From Klebsiella phage vB_KpnM_VPA32, in the sequence record OP558005.1: a DNA stretch of 64,000 nucleotides. One strand, given 5' to 3'. The translations under genes were made by a program, and so were the position numbers. Below the pieces are notes generated by a model. That model was given only the letters and a program-made list of their open reading frames with translations. It was not told where the DNA came from and made no database searches. Positions 21,359 to 31,893 of the stretch are shown here, one piece after another. The first letter of the stretch is position 1. The number at the start of each line of letters is the position of its first letter.

Positions 21359-22861
21359 ATGCACGATATCAATGTAAAATTTCATGATTTTAGTCATGTG
21401 TTTATTGAGTGTGATGAATCCACATTCCATGAACTAAGAGACTATTTTAGTTTTGAAGCTGATGGCTACAAATTCAATCCAAAGTATCGTTATGGACATT
21501 GGGATGGACGTATTCGCCTTCTGAACTATGACCGTCTGTTACCGTTCGGCCTCGTCGGACAAATCCGTAAATTCGCAAACAACATGGGTTATTCAGTTTA
21601 CTTCGAACCGAAGATTTTTGAGACTGAAGAAATTACTCGTAAAGATTTTGATGACTGGCTTGGTAATCTTAACATTTACTCTGGGAGTAAAAAGATTGAG
21701 CCTCACTGGTATCAGAAAGATGCCGTGTTTGAAGGGTTAGTGAATCGTCGTCGAATTCTAAACCTCCCAACATCTGCTGGTAAATCTTTAATCCAATGCT
21801 TGCTTGCTCGTTATTATGTTGAGAACTACGAAGGTAAAATTTTAATCATCGTTCCAACAACAGCATTGGTTGACCAGATGATTAATGACTTCTGTGATTA
21901 TCGTCTGTTTGGCAAACAACATTGTCTTGGTATTCGCTCAGGTACAAAGCGCGATTCAGATGCAATGATTTATGTTGCCACCTGGCAGACAGCCGTTAAA
22001 CAACCAAAAGAATGGTTCCATCAATTCGGCATGATGATGAACGACGAATGTCATTTAGCTACTGGCAAGTCTATTTCAACTATAGTTGCTGGTTTAAATA
22101 ATTGCATGTTTAAGTTCGGCTTGTCTGGCTCATTAAAAGACGGTAAAGCTAATGTGATGCAGTATGTTGGAATGTTCGGTGAAATTTTCCGTCCAGTTTC
22201 AACATCTCAGCTTATGGAAGATGGTCAAGTAACTGACTTAAAAATTAACTCAATCTTCCTTCGTTACCCAGACGAATTCACCACTAAAATGAAAGGTAAA
22301 ACTTACCAAGAAGAAATCAAGGTAATTACCAGTGCAAAACGTCGTAACAAATGGGTAGCTAATTTAGCTGTTAAACTGGCCAAAAGAAATGAAAACGCGT
22401 TCTTGATGTTCAAACATGTTGCTCATGGTAAAGAGCTGTTTGAAATGATTAAAGAACTTGGGCATGAGAAAGTGTATTACGTTTCAGGCGAAGTATCAAC
22501 TGAAGTTCGTAACGCATTGAAAGTGATGGCTGAAAGTGGTACGGGGATTATTGTAGTTGCATCTTATGGTGTATTCTCTACTGGTATTTCCGTTAAGAAT
22601 CTTCACCATGTTATTTTAGCTCATCCAGTTAAATCTAAAATTATCGTTCTGCAAACTATCGGTCGTGTACTTCGTAAGCATGATTCTAAATCAGTTGCTA
22701 CAGTATGGGATATCATCGATGATATGGGTGTTAAACCAAAATCAGCAAATGCCAAGAAGAAATACGTTCATTTGAACTATGCTTTAAAGCACGCGCTGGA
22801 GCGCATTCAGAGATATGCAGACGAAAAATTCAATTACGTAATGAAACAAATCGATATTTGA
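21359..22861 (+). CDS. uvsW: UvsW RNA-DNA/DNA helicase (SF2)
   Basis: HDFSHVFIECDESTFHELRDYFSF, ILNLPTSAGKS (Walker A) and DECH match T4 UvsW. ATG 21359 with SD AAGGAA. Confidence 0.93.
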   Translation: MHDINVKFHDFSHVFIECDESTFHELRDYFSFEADGYKFNPKYRYGHWDGRIRLLNYDRLLPFGLVGQIRKFANNMGYSVYFEPKIFETEEITRKDFDDWLGNLNIYSGSKKIEPHWYQKDAVFEGLVNRRRILNLPTSAGKSLIQCLLARYYVENYEGKILIIVPTTALVDQMINDFCDYRLFGKQHCLGIRSGTKRDSDAMIYVATWQTAVKQPKEWFHQFGMMMNDECHLATGKSISTIVAGLNNCMFKFGLSGSLKDGKANVMQYVGMFGEIFRPVSTSQLMEDGQVTDLKINSIFLRYPDEFTTKMKGKTYQEEIKVITSAKRRNKWVANLAVKLAKRNENAFLMFKHVAHGKELFEMIKELGHEKVYYVSGEVSTEVRNALKVMAESGTGIIVVASYGVFSTGISVKNLHHVILAHPVKSKIIVLQTIGRVLRKHDSKSVATVWDIIDDMGVKPKSANAKKKYVHLNYALKHALERIQRYADEKFNYVMKQIDI

Positions 22862-22868
22862 GGAAGTT

Positions 22869-23099
22869 ATGAAAACATTCGAAGAAGTCATTTACGAAGC
22901 TACTATCGATACGTTTATGAGTAAGATTGCTCAATGCCAGACTTTGGAAGGTTTAGAAGAACTGGAAGCTTATTACAAAAAGCGTGTTAAAGAAGCTGAC
23001 CTGAAAGATACTGATGATATCTCTATCCGAGATGCATTGGCAGGAAAAAGAATGGAATTTGAATCTGAAGATGAGTCAGAGTCGGAAGAAGAATTCTAA
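22869..23099 (+). CDS. uvsW.1: UvsW.1 (C-terminal acidic module)
   Basis: 76 aa as in T4. Follows uvsW directly. Terminator hairpin after the stop. Confidence 0.8.
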   Translation: MKTFEEVIYEATIDTFMSKIAQCQTLEGLEELEAYYKKRVKEADLKDTDDISIRDALAGKRMEFESEDESESEEEF

Positions 23100-23106
23100 T
23101 AAAAAG

Positions 23107-23124
23107 GCCCCTCGAAAGAGGGGC
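23107..23124. terminator. GCCCCTC-GAAA-GAGGGGC bidirectional hairpin after uvsW.1
   Basis: 7-bp stem flanked by an A-run. Confidence 0.6.
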
Positions 23125-23151
23125 AAACCACAAGTGGCATAAAACACTAGG

Positions 23152-23319
23152 CTACATTAAAAGTTGCGTTTCGTTTAATTGCTCTTCTGCGCTTTCGCTT
23201 ACCGGCAATTCAATCGCATAATTATAACAAGCACCTGGATGAACAGGGCCTTTATCTGTTTCAACAACCAACGCCGAATCAATCGGTTGCTTACAGACAG
23301 CACAAATCTTTTCAGACAT
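23152..23319 (-). CDS. Small Zn-ribbon protein (uvsY.-2-like)
   Basis: CAVCKQ...HPGAC. ATG 23319 with SD GAGGAG. Late promoter 28 nt upstream. Confidence 0.6.
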   Translation of the reverse strand: MSEKICAVCKQPIDSALVVETDKGPVHPGACYNYAIELPVSESAEEQLNETQLLM

Positions 23320-23345
23320 GATTGTCTCCTCAGTTATTAACAATT

Positions 23346-23573
23346 CTATTTATAAGTTTGTTTATAAACTTCCATATTGCCGCCAATTTGTCTCATATGC
23401 ATGTCAATTCCCATATTTTCTTCATAGAAATAGACATCTAAGTAACCAGCGAACTTTCCTTTGATATAAAGTACATCTTCACCGACTGGATGGTCTGGAA
23501 CGATACGAATATCGTCCCTTCTAACACGCCGCGACTTCATCAAAAACTGTATTTCAGTTTCAAATTCATCCAT
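23346..23573 (-). CDS. Hypothetical protein (uvsY.-1-like position)
   Basis: TAATG coupling to the uvsY stop. 75 aa. Confidence 0.6.
   Translation of the reverse strand: MDEFETEIQFLMKSRRVRRDDIRIVPDHPVGEDVLYIKGKFAGYLDVYFYEENMGIDMHMRQIGGNMEVYKQTYK
23347..23354 (-). promoter_or_regulatory. Late promoter TATAAATA upstream of the 55-aa Zn-ribbon gene
   Basis: Minus-strand TATAAATA 28 nt upstream of ATG 23319. Adjacent GTTTATAAAC palindrome. Confidence 0.55.
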
Positions 23574-23986
23574 TACTCACCAGCTTCAAACTTGCGCATA
23601 TCAATAATATGCTTGATTGAGAATCCACGAGATTTGATAGCATCCATCGCGTCACGACAGAACTCTAACAAAATTCCCCAGTATTGCAAACTTGTATCAA
23701 TACGAAGAACTTCTTTATCAGCAGACAGAACAGTCTTCATTTCGGACTTTTCATAACGGTCCATGCTGAACTCGTCACCATCGCCTCTGCCTGTGTAATA
23801 ATCCAACTTCTGCTTTAACGCGGACTTCTTCGAAGCCTCGATGCGAAGCATTTCTTTACGAATAGCAGACAATTTTGTCAACCATTTACCATAAAGAACT
23901 GGATTATTAGCTGCTTCATACTGCAATTTAGTTGAATCAATAATCAAATCTTGTTTCAACTCCTCTTGGAGCTCTTCAAGTTTCAC
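23573..23986 (-). CDS. uvsY: UvsY recombination mediator
   Basis: 137 aa, the T4 length. LQYEAANN, DYYTGRGDGDEFSMDRYEKSEMKTVLSADK and LQYWGILLEFC match T4 UvsY. The start codon is GTG with SD AAGAGGAAA. Confidence 0.93.
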   Translation of the reverse strand: MKLEELQEELKQDLIIDSTKLQYEAANNPVLYGKWLTKLSAIRKEMLRIEASKKSALKQKLDYYTGRGDGDEFSMDRYEKSEMKTVLSADKEVLRIDTSLQYWGILLEFCRDAMDAIKSRGFSIKHIIDMRKFEAGE

Positions 23987-24563
23987 TCACTTTCCTCTTA
24001 AAATATTCAACCATTCCAGCATAATCTACGGCTGGAAACCCATTATTCTTAGCTATAGTACCAAATTTACCACGTTTTGGTTTATTATTGCTTAACCAAA
24101 GAGAGTACAATTCAGTTTCTTTATCCCATGGGATAGCTGAGCTTCTTTTAGATATCTTTGTAGAGTCTTTAGCCCAGTGAGATTGGGTTTTAAACTTTTC
24201 TTTCATTGATTTAGATATCTTAAGTTTTCTTTCATTTGAGCATGGGCGCTTTAATCCACTCATTGGATGTATTTCCCATACTCTGCCTCCATCTCCACCG
24301 TCTGCAATGTTAACACAATTACTGAATTTTTCTTTTGCTTCTCTTATAAGCAAATTTTCGAATTCAGCGTTTAGTTCAGCGGTTTCAAATGTGGCAAGCA
24401 CATATTTTTCAAACCTTATACTTGGATTCTTTTTGGCATCTTTTATAGCCTTGCCAGAACCTATGTACTTATTGTTTAAACCGCATCTAGAAGAATGTTT
24501 TCCAAAATACAGTTTTATTCCGTTATCACTTATAATTTTAGTAAGATAGCAATAATGGTCCAT
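23976..24563 (-). CDS. Free-standing GIY-YIG homing endonuclease (Seg/I-TevI family) with a NUMOD3-like DNA-binding repeat
   Basis: YCYLTKII...KLYFGKH (GIY...YIG variant). LLIREAKEKFSNCVNIADGGDGG parallels the I-TevI catalytic LIIERENFWIKELNSKINGYNIADATFGD. SNERKLKISKSMKEKF is NUMOD3-like. The ORF 3' end overlaps the uvsY start. Confidence 0.8.
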   Translation of the reverse strand: MDHYCYLTKIISDNGIKLYFGKHSSRCGLNNKYIGSGKAIKDAKKNPSIRFEKYVLATFETAELNAEFENLLIREAKEKFSNCVNIADGGDGGRVWEIHPMSGLKRPCSNERKLKISKSMKEKFKTQSHWAKDSTKISKRSSAIPWDKETELYSLWLSNNKPKRGKFGTIAKNNGFPAVDYAGMVEYFKRKVSET

Positions 24564-24639
24564 AATCACCTTTCTTTGTTCAATTTGTTACTCTAGCAAG
24601 GAACTCAAAACCATTATAATCATCTTGAAATGAAAGCGA

Positions 24640-25038
24640 TTAGTTACGGCTTGAGCTTGCCAACTGAAGCTTAATCTGCTCAAGGTCGTCCGGGTTGTCA
24701 ACTACAGAGAACCGAACTTCAACGATAAGCGTATGGTCATCGTAAACCGGAGTAACATTCACTTGTAGACGACGGACTCGCGGTTCATAGTTTCTTATAG
24801 CAGATATGATATTTCGTTCTACTGTATCAGCTGTCAGAGGAGTCATGTTCTCGAAAAGCTGGTCTTGTAAATCACACCCAAAGTTAGGGTCGAATGGACG
24901 GCTTCCCTTTCTTGTTGTTATAATACCTAAAAGAGAGTTTTTAATTGCTCGTAACCCACGAGCACGTGCCACGTCTTTGGACCAATCCATTTTAAGTTCA
25001 GGGTCCAAATCCGAATAAAGGTCATTTATATTTGCCAT
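24640..25038 (-). CDS. 25: Baseplate wedge / sheath initiator gp25
   Basis: 132 aa. MANINDLYSDLDPE...GIITTRKGSRPFDP.FGCDL is near-identical to T4 gp25. Confidence 0.95.
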   Translation of the reverse strand: MANINDLYSDLDPELKMDWSKDVARARGLRAIKNSLLGIITTRKGSRPFDPNFGCDLQDQLFENMTPLTADTVERNIISAIRNYEPRVRRLQVNVTPVYDDHTLIVEVRFSVVDNPDDLEQIKLQLASSSRN

Positions 25039-25667
25039 TACAGATACCTGAAGAATTCTTTAAGGCCTTTAATCACTTCAACGTGAGTTGCTCCGCATTT
25101 CTGACATTTCACAGGAACTGCAAGATAAACGGTAGGCTTTAAAAGCATATTTTTGATGCGGATAATATCCTCTTCAGTGATAGCTGAGTAAAGGTCATCG
25201 ATTTCTTTGTCATTCAAATCTTCGATTGAAATGGTTTCACCATTCACATAGATGTACTCGATACACGTAGCAATCATCTGTGCGATGTTCTTATCATCGA
25301 ATAATTTTGGATAACGAAGCTTAAGTTTAAAATTCGCTAGAGGATACCAGAGGTCTTCTGGTTCATCGATTTGTGCAGATGTAAAGTTAATCGGTGTTAA
25401 TGTTTCGTGACCCTCTGGACATATCCAGATGTTCTCATGATTAACCTCACCTAATGAGTGAGACCATAACTGAATCAGCAGAAGTTCTGATTCTTGTTTG
25501 TTAAGGTTTCGTGCTGATGTACAATTATTAATCAACCGTTTTACTACTTCATCAATGTTTCCATTGATTTTGCCATCGATGAGCTCTTTGTATTCTTCTA
25601 ACGTAAAAGCTCTGCATTGGATATCAGAGCCGTTAATCTGGACTTCAAATTTGTAATCGTAGTTCAT
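25038..25667 (-). CDS. 26: Baseplate hub protein gp26
   Basis: 209 aa against T4 208 aa. Coupled to 25. Late promoter upstream. Confidence 0.85.
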   Translation of the reverse strand: MNYDYKFEVQINGSDIQCRAFTLEEYKELIDGKINGNIDEVVKRLINNCTSARNLNKQESELLLIQLWSHSLGEVNHENIWICPEGHETLTPINFTSAQIDEPEDLWYPLANFKLKLRYPKLFDDKNIAQMIATCIEYIYVNGETISIEDLNDKEIDDLYSAITEEDIIRIKNMLLKPTVYLAVPVKCQKCGATHVEVIKGLKEFFRYL

Positions 25668-25684
25668 ATTAGCTCCTTACGGAC

Positions 25685-25696
25685 TATTTATAAATA
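25685..25696. promoter_or_regulatory. Palindromic pair of divergent late promoters (TATTTATAAATA) for genes 26 and 51
   Basis: TATAAATA at 25689-25696 on the + strand and at 25685-25692 on the minus strand, between the divergent starts 25667 and 25717. Confidence 0.75.
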
Positions 25697-25716
25697 TTTC
25701 AATAAAGGAGACCTCT

Positions 25717-26469
25717 ATGGCCAATATAATTCGTTGTGTACTACCGGACGGGGTCCATCGTTTTAAACCCTTCACGGTAGCTGATTACAGAGATTTTCTT
25801 CTGGTTCGTAACGACATGCAACACAAAACTTACGAAGAGCAGAAGGTGATTATAAAAGAACTTTTAGCTGATTACTTTGGTGAATATCCAGAGACTTTAC
25901 GTCCATACATGTTCATGAAAGTATTCACTGGCTCAATCGGTAAAACAAAAATTCCAGTAGCTTTCACTTGTCCGACTTGCGAAAAACAAAAGCAAGTTCT
26001 GTTTGATATCAGTCAAGAGGATTTGGTTGAACCTACTATTGAAGTGGCTGGAATCACAATAGCTTTCAAATTCCCTGAGAAGGAATACGAAGATAAAGCT
26101 GCAATGATTTATGATTGCATTAAAGCAATTAAATACAACAATCAATGGTATCCTTGGAAAGAGATGTCGGAAGACAACCAAATCCAAGTAATAGAAGCAA
26201 TTGACTTCACAACGTTTGAAAAGATTTACACTCAATTAACTCCGATGAGATTTGAACTTAAGATGAAATGTTGCGAGTTGAGAACAAACGTGTATGAAGA
26301 CATTTTATCAGTCTTTAAGCTTCTGATAAACCCGGATGAAATTTTTAGCTTCTACCAAATCAATCACACTCTAGTTAAAAGTTCATACGACTTGAACAGC
26401 ATAATGGGTATGATTCCAATCGAGCGAAGCATCGCCCTTTCGTTAGTAGAGAAGGACAATAAGAAATGA
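25717..26469 (+). CDS. 51: Baseplate hub assembly catalyst gp51
   Basis: 250 aa against T4 249 aa. Divergent from gene 26. Late promoter upstream. Confidence 0.85.
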   Translation: MANIIRCVLPDGVHRFKPFTVADYRDFLLVRNDMQHKTYEEQKVIIKELLADYFGEYPETLRPYMFMKVFTGSIGKTKIPVAFTCPTCEKQKQVLFDISQEDLVEPTIEVAGITIAFKFPEKEYEDKAAMIYDCIKAIKYNNQWYPWKEMSEDNQIQVIEAIDFTTFEKIYTQLTPMRFELKMKCCELRTNVYEDILSVFKLLINPDEIFSFYQINHTLVKSSYDLNSIMGMIPIERSIALSLVEKDNKK

Positions 26470-27650
26470 CAGTACTACAACGTCCAGGTTTTCCTAACTT
26501 AAGCATAAAGCTCTATGAAAATTACGATGCTTGGTTAGATAACCGTTTCCTTGAATTAGCAGCAACTGTAACTACACTCACAATGCGTGATGGCCTTTAT
26601 GGAAGAAATGAAGGGATGCTGCAATTCTATGACAACAAAAATATGCATACAAGAATGAATGGTGACCAAATCATTCAGATTTCTGTAGCTAATGCGAACA
26701 GTAAAAGAACGTTGAACCGCATTTATGGTTGTAAGCACTTTTCAGTTTCAGTTGACTCTAAAGGTGATAACATAATCGCAATTCAGCTTGGATTAGTGCA
26801 TGAGATTATCAACCTCAAATTTAGTCGTTGTTTCTTCAATGATGCAGGTGAGTCAATTAAAGAGATGATTGGTGTAATTTACCAAGACACTCCTCATATC
26901 GCTCCAGCTATAAACTCGATTAACACTTACGTTCCACGAGTTCCATGGACGAGTACGTTAAAAGACTATTTAGCTTGGGTTAGAGAAATATCTCTAGCCG
27001 TTGAAAGTGACCAGTTTGTATTTGTATGGGAAGACATCTATGGCATTAACATGATGGACTACGCGTTCATGATTGCCCAAGAGCCTATCCCGGTTGTTGT
27101 TGGTGAACCACGCCAAATTGGCCAAATGATTAATGAATTGAACACTGACCTTGCTTATAATTTCGAGTGGCTTACTAAAGCTAATCAATTCACTCGAAAC
27201 CCGATGGCAAATGCGACATTTTATGCTCACAGCTTCCTTGATAATCAATTCCCTCGAATTGTTACAGGTGATGGTTATAACTCGGTGCTAGTGTCTCGTT
27301 CAGGTTCATATTCTGAAATGACTTATCGTAACGCATATGAAGAAGCTTTACGATTAGGAACAATGGCGCAATATGATGGTTACGCTAAGTGCACTATGGT
27401 TGGTAACTTTGAATATACTCCAGGAAAAAAGATAAACTTCTTTGACCCTAAAAACCAGTTCCGCACAAACTTTTACGTAGATGAAGTTATTCATGAAGTT
27501 TCTAACAACCAGTCAATAACTACATTGTATATGTTTACTAACGGACAGAACTTAAGTCCAGTAGAACCAATTAAGGTGAAAAATGAATTTAAACCTAATA
27601 CTTCCAATGAAAACAATTCAAGTGAACCAGAAGGAAATAAAAATTCCTAA
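26466..27650 (+). CDS. 27: Baseplate hub protein gp27
   Basis: 394 aa against T4 391 aa. Overlaps the gene 51 stop. Confidence 0.9.
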   Translation: MTVLQRPGFPNLSIKLYENYDAWLDNRFLELAATVTTLTMRDGLYGRNEGMLQFYDNKNMHTRMNGDQIIQISVANANSKRTLNRIYGCKHFSVSVDSKGDNIIAIQLGLVHEIINLKFSRCFFNDAGESIKEMIGVIYQDTPHIAPAINSINTYVPRVPWTSTLKDYLAWVREISLAVESDQFVFVWEDIYGINMMDYAFMIAQEPIPVVVGEPRQIGQMINELNTDLAYNFEWLTKANQFTRNPMANATFYAHSFLDNQFPRIVTGDGYNSVLVSRSGSYSEMTYRNAYEEALRLGTMAQYDGYAKCTMVGNFEYTPGKKINFFDPKNQFRTNFYVDEVIHEVSNNQSITTLYMFTNGQNLSPVEPIKVKNEFKPNTSNENNSSEPEGNKNS

Positions 27651-28110
27651 GCTTGGATTGAAGCATCACAACATGCTGAAAGAAGTTAAATCTCCGGAAG
27701 AGAATTTATCGCTGCTGATTAATTCAATTCATCCAGGTTTAACACCAGCCGAAATCGATTACGTTTCAATTCATTTACTTGAGTTCAACGGTAAGATTAA
27801 AAGTAAGGTAGTCAAAGATGATTTTGAATATGACCTTTCAACTTTAAGAATTGTTCAACGATTAGAATTTCAATTCGCTGGTCATACTTTCAAATTCAGA
27901 GCTCCTAAGCAGTTTGAAGGATTTGGCGGTGTTGATAAGATGCTTTCAAAATGCCTTGAAACGGTAGACGGTAAAAAAGAAGATGTCGACTTCATGAAGA
28001 TGCCAGCATTTGTAACTAAATGGGCAGACGACATTTCAAGTACCGTAGCAGTAAGCGGCCCTAATGGCGACATCAGAGGAGTTGCCAAAATCATAGGAAT
28101 TTTTGAATGA
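27583..28110 (+). CDS. 28: Baseplate hub distal subunit gp28
   Basis: 175 aa against T4 177 aa. SD AAGGTG. Overlaps the 3' end of gene 27. Confidence 0.8.
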   Translation: MNLNLILPMKTIQVNQKEIKIPKLGLKHHNMLKEVKSPEENLSLLINSIHPGLTPAEIDYVSIHLLEFNGKIKSKVVKDDFEYDLSTLRIVQRLEFQFAGHTFKFRAPKQFEGFGGVDKMLSKCLETVDGKKEDVDFMKMPAFVTKWADDISSTVAVSGPNGDIRGVAKIIGIFE

Positions 28111-29867
28111 AAACCGAAAACATGAAGACGATGCGTCGGAAGGTTATTGAAGAGGGTCGTAGTGAAAGAGATGCAGCGAAAGCTGCATCAACTCAAGCCG
28201 AATCTTTATCAGTTCTTTCTTCCCAGCTTGATGATTTACAAACTCAAGCTGAGCTTACGTCTGAAGTAATTGAGGATAAAGGTAATCAAGTTATTGATGC
28301 CTTGAATCGCGTTGACCAAAGCATAATTGATACTACAGCCGGAGCTGAATTAACCGCCGAAGCATCTGAAAGAACTACAGAAGCTGTTAAGCAGCAGACT
28401 GAAGTATCAAACAAGATTTCAGATAAGCTCAGTAAGCTAACAGAACTTTTAAATGAACGTCTTTCAGCTATCACTCCGAATCTTCCACAGATATCTGTTC
28501 CAGATACATCACTGTCTGTAGTTGAAGATGCAGTACCTGTTGATATAGTGACACCAGGGTTACCAGAATTACTTCAGGAGTTAATTCCGGACCCGGTCAA
28601 TAATACCAATAACCCTAATGATGCGTTCTTCCCTACCGTTCCAGAGAACCCAGAGAGTGATTCTAAAAAGGGAGCTGATGAGGAACGTAAAAAGAAAGAC
28701 TCTGACACTCTGAGCAATCTGCTTAAAGCTACAAAAAGCGGATTCAAAGCTTCAATGAGCATTACAGACAGAATAGCTGGAATGCTTTTCAAGTACACTG
28801 TAACTGCTGTGATTGAAGCTGCTAAAACAGCTGCACTGTTGTTCTCTATTGTGCTTGGCATTGATGTCATAATGAAGCACTTCAAATATTGGTCAGACAA
28901 ATTCACTTCGGATTTCGATAAGTTCTCTAGCGAAGCTGGCGAATGGGGAAGCACATTAGCATCTATATTTGGAACACTTGAAAATATTCAGAAGTTCTGG
29001 GAAGCTGGAGACTGGTCTGGATTGGCAGTTGCAATTGTCAAAGGCGTAACTGAAATCATTTACAACCTCAGTGAACTTATTTCTCTTGGAATGTCAAAGG
29101 TAGCTGCTGCTATTCTTTCAATTATTCCTGGCTTAGGAGATGCTGCATTATCTGTTGAAGGGGCTGCATTAGAAGGATTCCAAGAAAGAACAGGTAACTC
29201 TCTTTCTAAAGAAGACCAAGACACATTAGCTAAGTATCAATCATCTAAGATTGAAAAAGGCGAAAACTTCTTCGATAAAGTATCTCAAGGTAAAACTTGG
29301 ATTGTTAACAAAATAACTGGAGATGCTAACATTTCTGATTTTGTTACAGATGAAGAAAGAGAATCCCAGAATGAAAAACTTCGTCAGATGAAACCTGAAG
29401 AAAGGGAACAAGTTCTGAAGAAAGGGAATGAAGCTCGTGCTGCTATTGTTAGATTTGAAAAATACATGGAACAAATCAACCCTGACGATAAACGTTCAGT
29501 TGAATCAGCTGACAAAGCGTATGCTAATCTTCAAACGCAGTTAAACGACACTGACCTGAATAATTCTCCTGTAACTAAAAAAGAATTAAGTGCTCGTATG
29601 AATATTGTTACTGCTAAGTATGATAAGCTCAAAGGTAAAGAACCTCAGCCTGCTCCATCGTCTCAATCTGAGGATGTTAAAAAAGTCGAAAGCATTGAGA
29701 AGAATAAAGCGGCTAAAGAGGCTTCATTAGGTACTAGTGCTGGAGCTGCTGCGGCTAACTTGTTCAATACAAATAACGTCATTAACAACAGTAGAACTAT
29801 AAATACTGTTAGTCCTGTAACGAGCACTAATGCTCCAGGCGTATTTGGTGCAACTGGTGTTAACTAA
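28107..29867 (+). CDS. 29: Baseplate hub / tail length determinant gp29
   Basis: 586 aa against T4 590 aa. Long helical N-terminal part. Synteny. Confidence 0.9.
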   Translation: MKTENMKTMRRKVIEEGRSERDAAKAASTQAESLSVLSSQLDDLQTQAELTSEVIEDKGNQVIDALNRVDQSIIDTTAGAELTAEASERTTEAVKQQTEVSNKISDKLSKLTELLNERLSAITPNLPQISVPDTSLSVVEDAVPVDIVTPGLPELLQELIPDPVNNTNNPNDAFFPTVPENPESDSKKGADEERKKKDSDTLSNLLKATKSGFKASMSITDRIAGMLFKYTVTAVIEAAKTAALLFSIVLGIDVIMKHFKYWSDKFTSDFDKFSSEAGEWGSTLASIFGTLENIQKFWEAGDWSGLAVAIVKGVTEIIYNLSELISLGMSKVAAAILSIIPGLGDAALSVEGAALEGFQERTGNSLSKEDQDTLAKYQSSKIEKGENFFDKVSQGKTWIVNKITGDANISDFVTDEERESQNEKLRQMKPEEREQVLKKGNEARAAIVRFEKYMEQINPDDKRSVESADKAYANLQTQLNDTDLNNSPVTKKELSARMNIVTAKYDKLKGKEPQPAPSSQSEDVKKVESIEKNKAAKEASLGTSAGAAAANLFNTNNVINNSRTINTVSPVTSTNAPGVFGATGVN

Positions 29868-29876
29868 GGAATAATC

Positions 29877-30926
29877 ATGGCTATAAGAGCTACAGAAATT
29901 CTAGATAAAGATTTCGGCAGTGGAGAAAAGACCTCTGCCGGTCAAAGTTCTATTTCGTCAACTCGAAGAAGTACTATAGTAGCTCAATACCCGGCACAAC
30001 GTGCCGCCGGTAACGATGCTGCAGGAGACCTTCGTGTTCATGACCTTTATAAGAATGGATTGTTATTTACTGCATACGATATGAGTTCAAGAACATCTCC
30101 GGACCTTCGTAATATGCGTCAATCCCAATTGAGTAAATCAGCGAGTTCTATTCTTAATAGCCTCGGAATTAAAAATAACGGCCAAGTTGATAAATCTCCG
30201 ATTGCGAATATTTTACTTCCACGTTCTAAATCTGACGTTGAATCAACTTCTCACAAGTTCAATGACGTTGGTGAATCATTAATTACTCGTGGAAATAATT
30301 CAGCTACTGGAGTATTGAGTAACGTTGCATCCACAGCAGTATTTGGTGCATTAGATTCAGTCACTCAAGGTCTGATGGCCGACAATAACGAGCAAATCTA
30401 TAATACTGCGCGAAGCATGTATGCTGGAGCAGATAACAGAACAAAAGTATTCACTTGGGATTTGACTCCTCGTTCAGTAGCTGATTTAGTTTCAATTATT
30501 CAGATATACGAGTGCTTTAATTATTTCAGCTATGGCGAAACTGGCAATTCAAGTTACGCTAAAGAATTAAAAGGCCAATTGGATGAGTGGTACAAAACAA
30601 CTCTGTTGTCTCCATTAACTCCAGATGGAGCTGATTTGAACAACACAATGTTTGAAAATATCACTTCATTCTTAAGTAACGTTATTGTTGTAACTAACCC
30701 AACGGTATGGTTCATCAGAAACTTTGGTAAGACATCTAAATTTGATGGAAGAACCGAGTTGTTTGGTCCATGCCAGATTCAGAGTATTCGCTTTGATAAA
30801 ACTCCGAATGGTCAATTCAATGGTTTAGCAATTGCTCCTAATATGCCAAGCACTTTTACTCTGGAAATTACTTTCCGCGAAATCTTGACATTAAGCAGGG
30901 CATCACTTTATGCAGAAGGTTTCTAA
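29877..30926 (+). CDS. 48: Baseplate tail-tube junction protein gp48
   Basis: 349 aa. Synteny between genes 29 and 54. Confidence 0.85.
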   Translation: MAIRATEILDKDFGSGEKTSAGQSSISSTRRSTIVAQYPAQRAAGNDAAGDLRVHDLYKNGLLFTAYDMSSRTSPDLRNMRQSQLSKSASSILNSLGIKNNGQVDKSPIANILLPRSKSDVESTSHKFNDVGESLITRGNNSATGVLSNVASTAVFGALDSVTQGLMADNNEQIYNTARSMYAGADNRTKVFTWDLTPRSVADLVSIIQIYECFNYFSYGETGNSSYAKELKGQLDEWYKTTLLSPLTPDGADLNNTMFENITSFLSNVIVVTNPTVWFIRNFGKTSKFDGRTELFGPCQIQSIRFDKTPNGQFNGLAIAPNMPSTFTLEITFREILTLSRASLYAEGF

Positions 30927-31888
30927 TGCTTAATTTAGATGAATTCAACAACCAAGTAATGAACGTTGATTTTCAACGTACAAATATGTTTAGTTGTGTA
31001 TTCGCAACGACTCCATCTGCAAAGTCTCAATTATTGCTGGACCAATTCGGTGGAATGCTTTATAATAACTTGCCAGTCTCAGGAGACTGGCTTGGATTAT
31101 CTCAAGGCGAATTTACGCAAGGAATTACATCAATTATCACTGCAGGTACCCAAGAACTAGTTCGTAAATCGGGCGTATCTAAGTACCTTATCGGCGCGAT
31201 GACAAACCGTGTTGTTCAATCTTTATTGGGAGAATTTGAAGTTGGTACTTATTTACTTGACTTCTTCAATATGGCTTTCCCAACATCAGGATTGATGATT
31301 TATTCAGCTAAAATTCCTGATAACAGACTGTCACACGAAACAGATTGGCTTCATAACTCTCCGAATATTCGTATCACCGGAAGAGAATTGGAACCACTTA
31401 CATTAAGTTTCCGAATGGATTCTGAAGCAAGCAACTGGAGAGCAATGCAAGACTGGGTTAACTCTGTACAAGACCCAGTCACTGGATTAAGAGCTCTTCC
31501 TATCGATGTTGAAGCTGATATTCAAGTTAACTTACATGCACGTAATGGATTACCTCATACTGTGTGTATGTTTACTGGGTGTGTTCCAGTTTCATGTGGT
31601 TCACCTGAATTTACTTGGGATGGCGACAACCAAATTGCTGTATTTGATGTTCAGTTTGCTTATCGTGTTATGCAGGTAGGTGCTGTTGGCCGTCAAGCAG
31701 CCGCTGATTGGGTTGAAGATAGACTTGTTCATTCTATTGGAAATATTTCTGATGACATGAGTCTGGACCCATCGGTGTCAAGACTAAGTAGATTAGGAGG
31801 CGCTGCTGGAGGTGTTACTCAGATGGGTAATGCAATAGGGCGTAAGACTGGAATGTGGAATAGTACTTCCAAGATACTTGGATTATGA
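30926..31888 (+). CDS. 54: Baseplate tail-tube initiator gp54
   Basis: 320 aa, the T4 length. A gp19/gp48-like fold is implied by synteny. Confidence 0.88.
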   Translation: MLNLDEFNNQVMNVDFQRTNMFSCVFATTPSAKSQLLLDQFGGMLYNNLPVSGDWLGLSQGEFTQGITSIITAGTQELVRKSGVSKYLIGAMTNRVVQSLLGEFEVGTYLLDFFNMAFPTSGLMIYSAKIPDNRLSHETDWLHNSPNIRITGRELEPLTLSFRMDSEASNWRAMQDWVNSVQDPVTGLRALPIDVEADIQVNLHARNGLPHTVCMFTGCVPVSCGSPEFTWDGDNQIAVFDVQFAYRVMQVGAVGRQAAADWVEDRLVHSIGNISDDMSLDPSVSRLSRLGGAAGGVTQMGNAIGRKTGMWNSTSKILGL

Positions 31889-31893
31889 AAAAA

